Part shown: piece by piece, positions 62,024 through 64,000 of the stretch | Numbering within the stretch: position 1 is the stretch's first letter | Layout: each line of letters starts with the position of its first letter | Assembly: GCA_020353515.1 (NCBI GenBank) | Contig: CP070695.1 | Span: 3,806,277 to 3,870,276 of the forward strand | Length of the DNA: 64,000 bases | DNA from: Candidatus Heimdallarchaeota archaeon | GTDB lineage: Archaea > Asgardarchaeota > Heimdallarchaeia > Hodarchaeales > Hodarchaeaceae | Direction: 5' to 3' | The notes under the pieces: generated by a model | Told to the model about the DNA's origin: nothing | Databases searched by the model: none | What the model saw: the letters and a program-made list of their open reading frames with translations, nothing else | Made by a program: the position numbers and the translations under genes

Positions 62024-62527
62024 ATGGGAAAAACAGAAGAGAATTTAATGGCAGCATTTGCTGGTGAAAGTCAGGCAAATCGAAAATATCTTGCATATGC
62101 AAAAAAGGCAGAAAAGGATGGATTTCCTCAAGTAGGACGTCTTTTTCGTGCAGTTGCACATGCAGAAACCGTGCATGCACATAGTCATTTACATCTTTAT
62201 GGTGGAATTAAAACGACTCTTGAAAATATTAAGGCAGCAATTGAAGGAGAACATTATGAATTTACTAAAATGTACCCTGAATTCTTGGAAGACGCCAAAG
62301 AGGAAACACAGAAGGCTGCAGAGCGAACTTTTGATTTCGCTAATCAAGTAGAGAAAATTCACCATGAATTATATTCACGAGCACTACAAGCGATTGAGGA
62401 TGGAAAAGATCTCCCAGAAAAGACGATGTATGTGTGTGAAGTCTGTGGCTATACCGTTGAGGATGGAATCCCAGACAAATGCCCTATTTGCAACACCTCC
62501 CACGAAAGATTTGTTAAGATAGAATAA
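62024..62527 (+). CDS. rbr: Rubrerythrin
   Basis: AFAGESQANRKY, AETVHA, GEHYE..MYP, VEKIH, CEVCGY..CPIC. Confidence 0.93.
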   Translation: MGKTEENLMAAFAGESQANRKYLAYAKKAEKDGFPQVGRLFRAVAHAETVHAHSHLHLYGGIKTTLENIKAAIEGEHYEFTKMYPEFLEDAKEETQKAAERTFDFANQVEKIHHELYSRALQAIEDGKDLPEKTMYVCEVCGYTVEDGIPDKCPICNTSHERFVKIE

Positions 62528-62579
62528 GAATTTTCTATCCACTTCTATTCAATTTTTCATGAGATTAGGTGATAATGGA

Positions 62580-63143
62580 TTGACATTTGAGAATTTGGTT
62601 AAGAGAAGAAGAGCATATAGATCATTAGAACCGGTCAAAATTACACAAGATCTAATTGAAGAAACAGCACGAGTAGCTCAATTAGCTCCTTCGTGCTTCA
62701 ACAAACAACCATGGAGATATGTATTTGTTTATGATAAAACAACTCTCACTAAATTGCAAACTGAAGGTCTTTCGAAAGGAAATCAGTGGGCAAAAGCTGC
62801 TAGTATGATCATTGCAGTATTTTCAAGAGTCGACATGGATTGTGTAATTGGTGATCGCCAGTATTATCTGTTTGATTCTGGTATGGCAACAGCAATAATG
62901 ATTTTACACTTAACTGATCAAGGTTTAGTTGCGCATCCAATTGCAGGATTTGATCCAGTTAAAGTAAAGGAACTTTTGGAAATTCCTAATGAGATGCATC
63001 TGATAACCTTAATAATCGTTGGGAAAAAATCCAATACAATTCCAGACTTCTTCAAAGACTATCAAAAGAAAAGTGAAGTAACACGTCCTGAACGAAAATC
63101 ACTAAATGAATTCATCTATTTAAATAAATATATTGAAAAATAA
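62580..63143 (+). CDS. Nitroreductase family protein
   Basis: RRAYR, APSCFNKQPW, FDSG, GLVAHPIAGF; TTG 62580 after AGGTGA (alternative ATG 62559). Confidence 0.85.
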   Translation: MTFENLVKRRRAYRSLEPVKITQDLIEETARVAQLAPSCFNKQPWRYVFVYDKTTLTKLQTEGLSKGNQWAKAASMIIAVFSRVDMDCVIGDRQYYLFDSGMATAIMILHLTDQGLVAHPIAGFDPVKVKELLEIPNEMHLITLIIVGKKSNTIPDFFKDYQKKSEVTRPERKSLNEFIYLNKYIEK

Positions 63144-63162
63144 TTTTAATCATTCTTTCTTA

Positions 63163-63303
63163 CTAATAATCAACAATATCGAAGTATTTTTTGGGGGCTC
63201 TACACCAAGGACAAACCCAATCATCGGGGAGCTCTTCAAAAGGAATACCTTGGGCTTCCTCGTCATAGGTATATCCACACATGCGACATTCCCAGATTGC
63301 CAT
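63163..63303 (-). CDS. Rubredoxin (46 aa, short form)
   Basis: Not in ORF track. Hand translation MAIWECRMCGYTYDEEAQGIPFEELPDDWVCPWCRAPKKYFDIVDY*. Confidence 0.9.
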   Translation of the reverse strand: MAIWECRMCGYTYDEEAQGIPFEELPDDWVCPWCRAPKKYFDIVDY

Positions 63304-63564
63304 TTTTTTACGCCTTAATATAAATTAGAAATACTGTGATTAAAATTTTCGGATTGAAAATTTAGTTTTGAAAAAATTATCTACCTACCATCATTCTCAT
63401 ATAAGATGGATAGATAACGAAATTCATATTGAAAAAAATATATTGCTAAGAATTAATATCTAATCGGAGAGTACTTTGAATTTAATTAGAGAGACTCTGA
63501 TATATGTGATGAGTAAATGAAAATTACTACTTTATTAGACGTCTTTAAGAGAAAAAAACATCGC

Positions 63565-64000
63565 TTGATTAGTTTGGAATATGTCATTATCTGTCAAAAT
63601 TCTGGACAACCAATCTATGCGAAATGTTGGGGAAATGTATGCGGGATGTTGGGAAAAAAAGATGAATTGATGACGGCATTTTTAGCTGCTTTGTCCACAA
63701 TGCCAACGATGTTTGCAGAATCAGACAATCAACTCCATAATATGAGTATTGGATCCTTAAAACTAATGTTTTGCCACACAGAATCACAAAATATTATATC
63801 TCTAGCATTTCCCGAAAATAATGTAAATGAGAACACAATGGAAATCATAGAAGCTCTTTTCGAAGATATTGAGCAATTTTTAAACAAAGATTATCAAGAA
63901 ACTCCTTGGGATAGATTGAACGATCCAAAAGTCCAATTATTTGAAAAAGAACTGCTTAAGAAAGTCATACATCCTTGGTTTTATCGTATATTACCAAACA
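63565..64000 (+). CDS. Longin-like domain protein, partial (runs off right edge)
   Basis: Not in ORF track. From TTG 63565: MISLEYVIICQNSGQPIYAKCWG...DELMTAFLAALSTM...LHNMSIGSLKLMFCHTESQNIISLAF...IIEALFEDIEQFL fits longin beta-beta-alpha-beta-beta-beta-alpha-alpha. Confidence 0.65.
   Translation, partial: MISLEYVIICQNSGQPIYAKCWGNVCGMLGKKDELMTAFLAALSTMPTMFAESDNQLHNMSIGSLKLMFCHTESQNIISLAFPENNVNENTMEIIEALFEDIEQFLNKDYQETPWDRLNDPKVQLFEKELLKKVIHPWFYRILPN

Noticed and set aside
63133-63787. ORFs 63133-63318 (+) and 63587-63787 (-)
   Set aside because: Antisense shadows of the rubredoxin and longin-like genes.

Overview
This is AT-rich archaeal chromosomal DNA. It is very likely from an Asgard archaeon, possibly Heimdallarchaeia/Hodarchaeales; this is inferred from RadA and Cdc6/Orc1 together with longin-like, LRR and RING-like eukaryotic-signature proteins. 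No rRNA, tRNA, CRISPR array or transposase was recognised. The left half has housekeeping and accessory genes: glpK, radA, a 7-PAS histidine kinase, cdc6, hypE/hypC, menA, CoA-transferases and an FAD/Fe-S oxidoreductase. It also has several deletion-scar pseudogenes and a three-gene membrane locus. The middle gene of that locus encodes an RGG tail, TM, beta-sandwich, TM, Zn-ribbons and a RING-like domain, resembling eukaryotic membrane-anchored RING E3 ligases. The right half (about 34.5-59.1 kb) is a near-complete (reverse) TCA gene cluster: sucCD, two-subunit class I fumarase, di-heme sdhDCAB, two-subunit ATP-citrate lyase, isocitrate dehydrogenase and aconitase. It also contains a 2-oxoacid:ferredoxin oxidoreductase (delta-alpha-beta, no gamma) directly followed by an HdrA-MvhD fusion. 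Malate dehydrogenase is absent, but a LarA-family racemase sits inside the cluster. The window ends with a rubrerythrin/nitroreductase/rubredoxin module and a partial longin-like gene. The rubredoxin, the longin-like gene and the partial dehydrogenase at the left edge are not in the supplied ORF track. All family assignments come from motif recognition; no searches were run.
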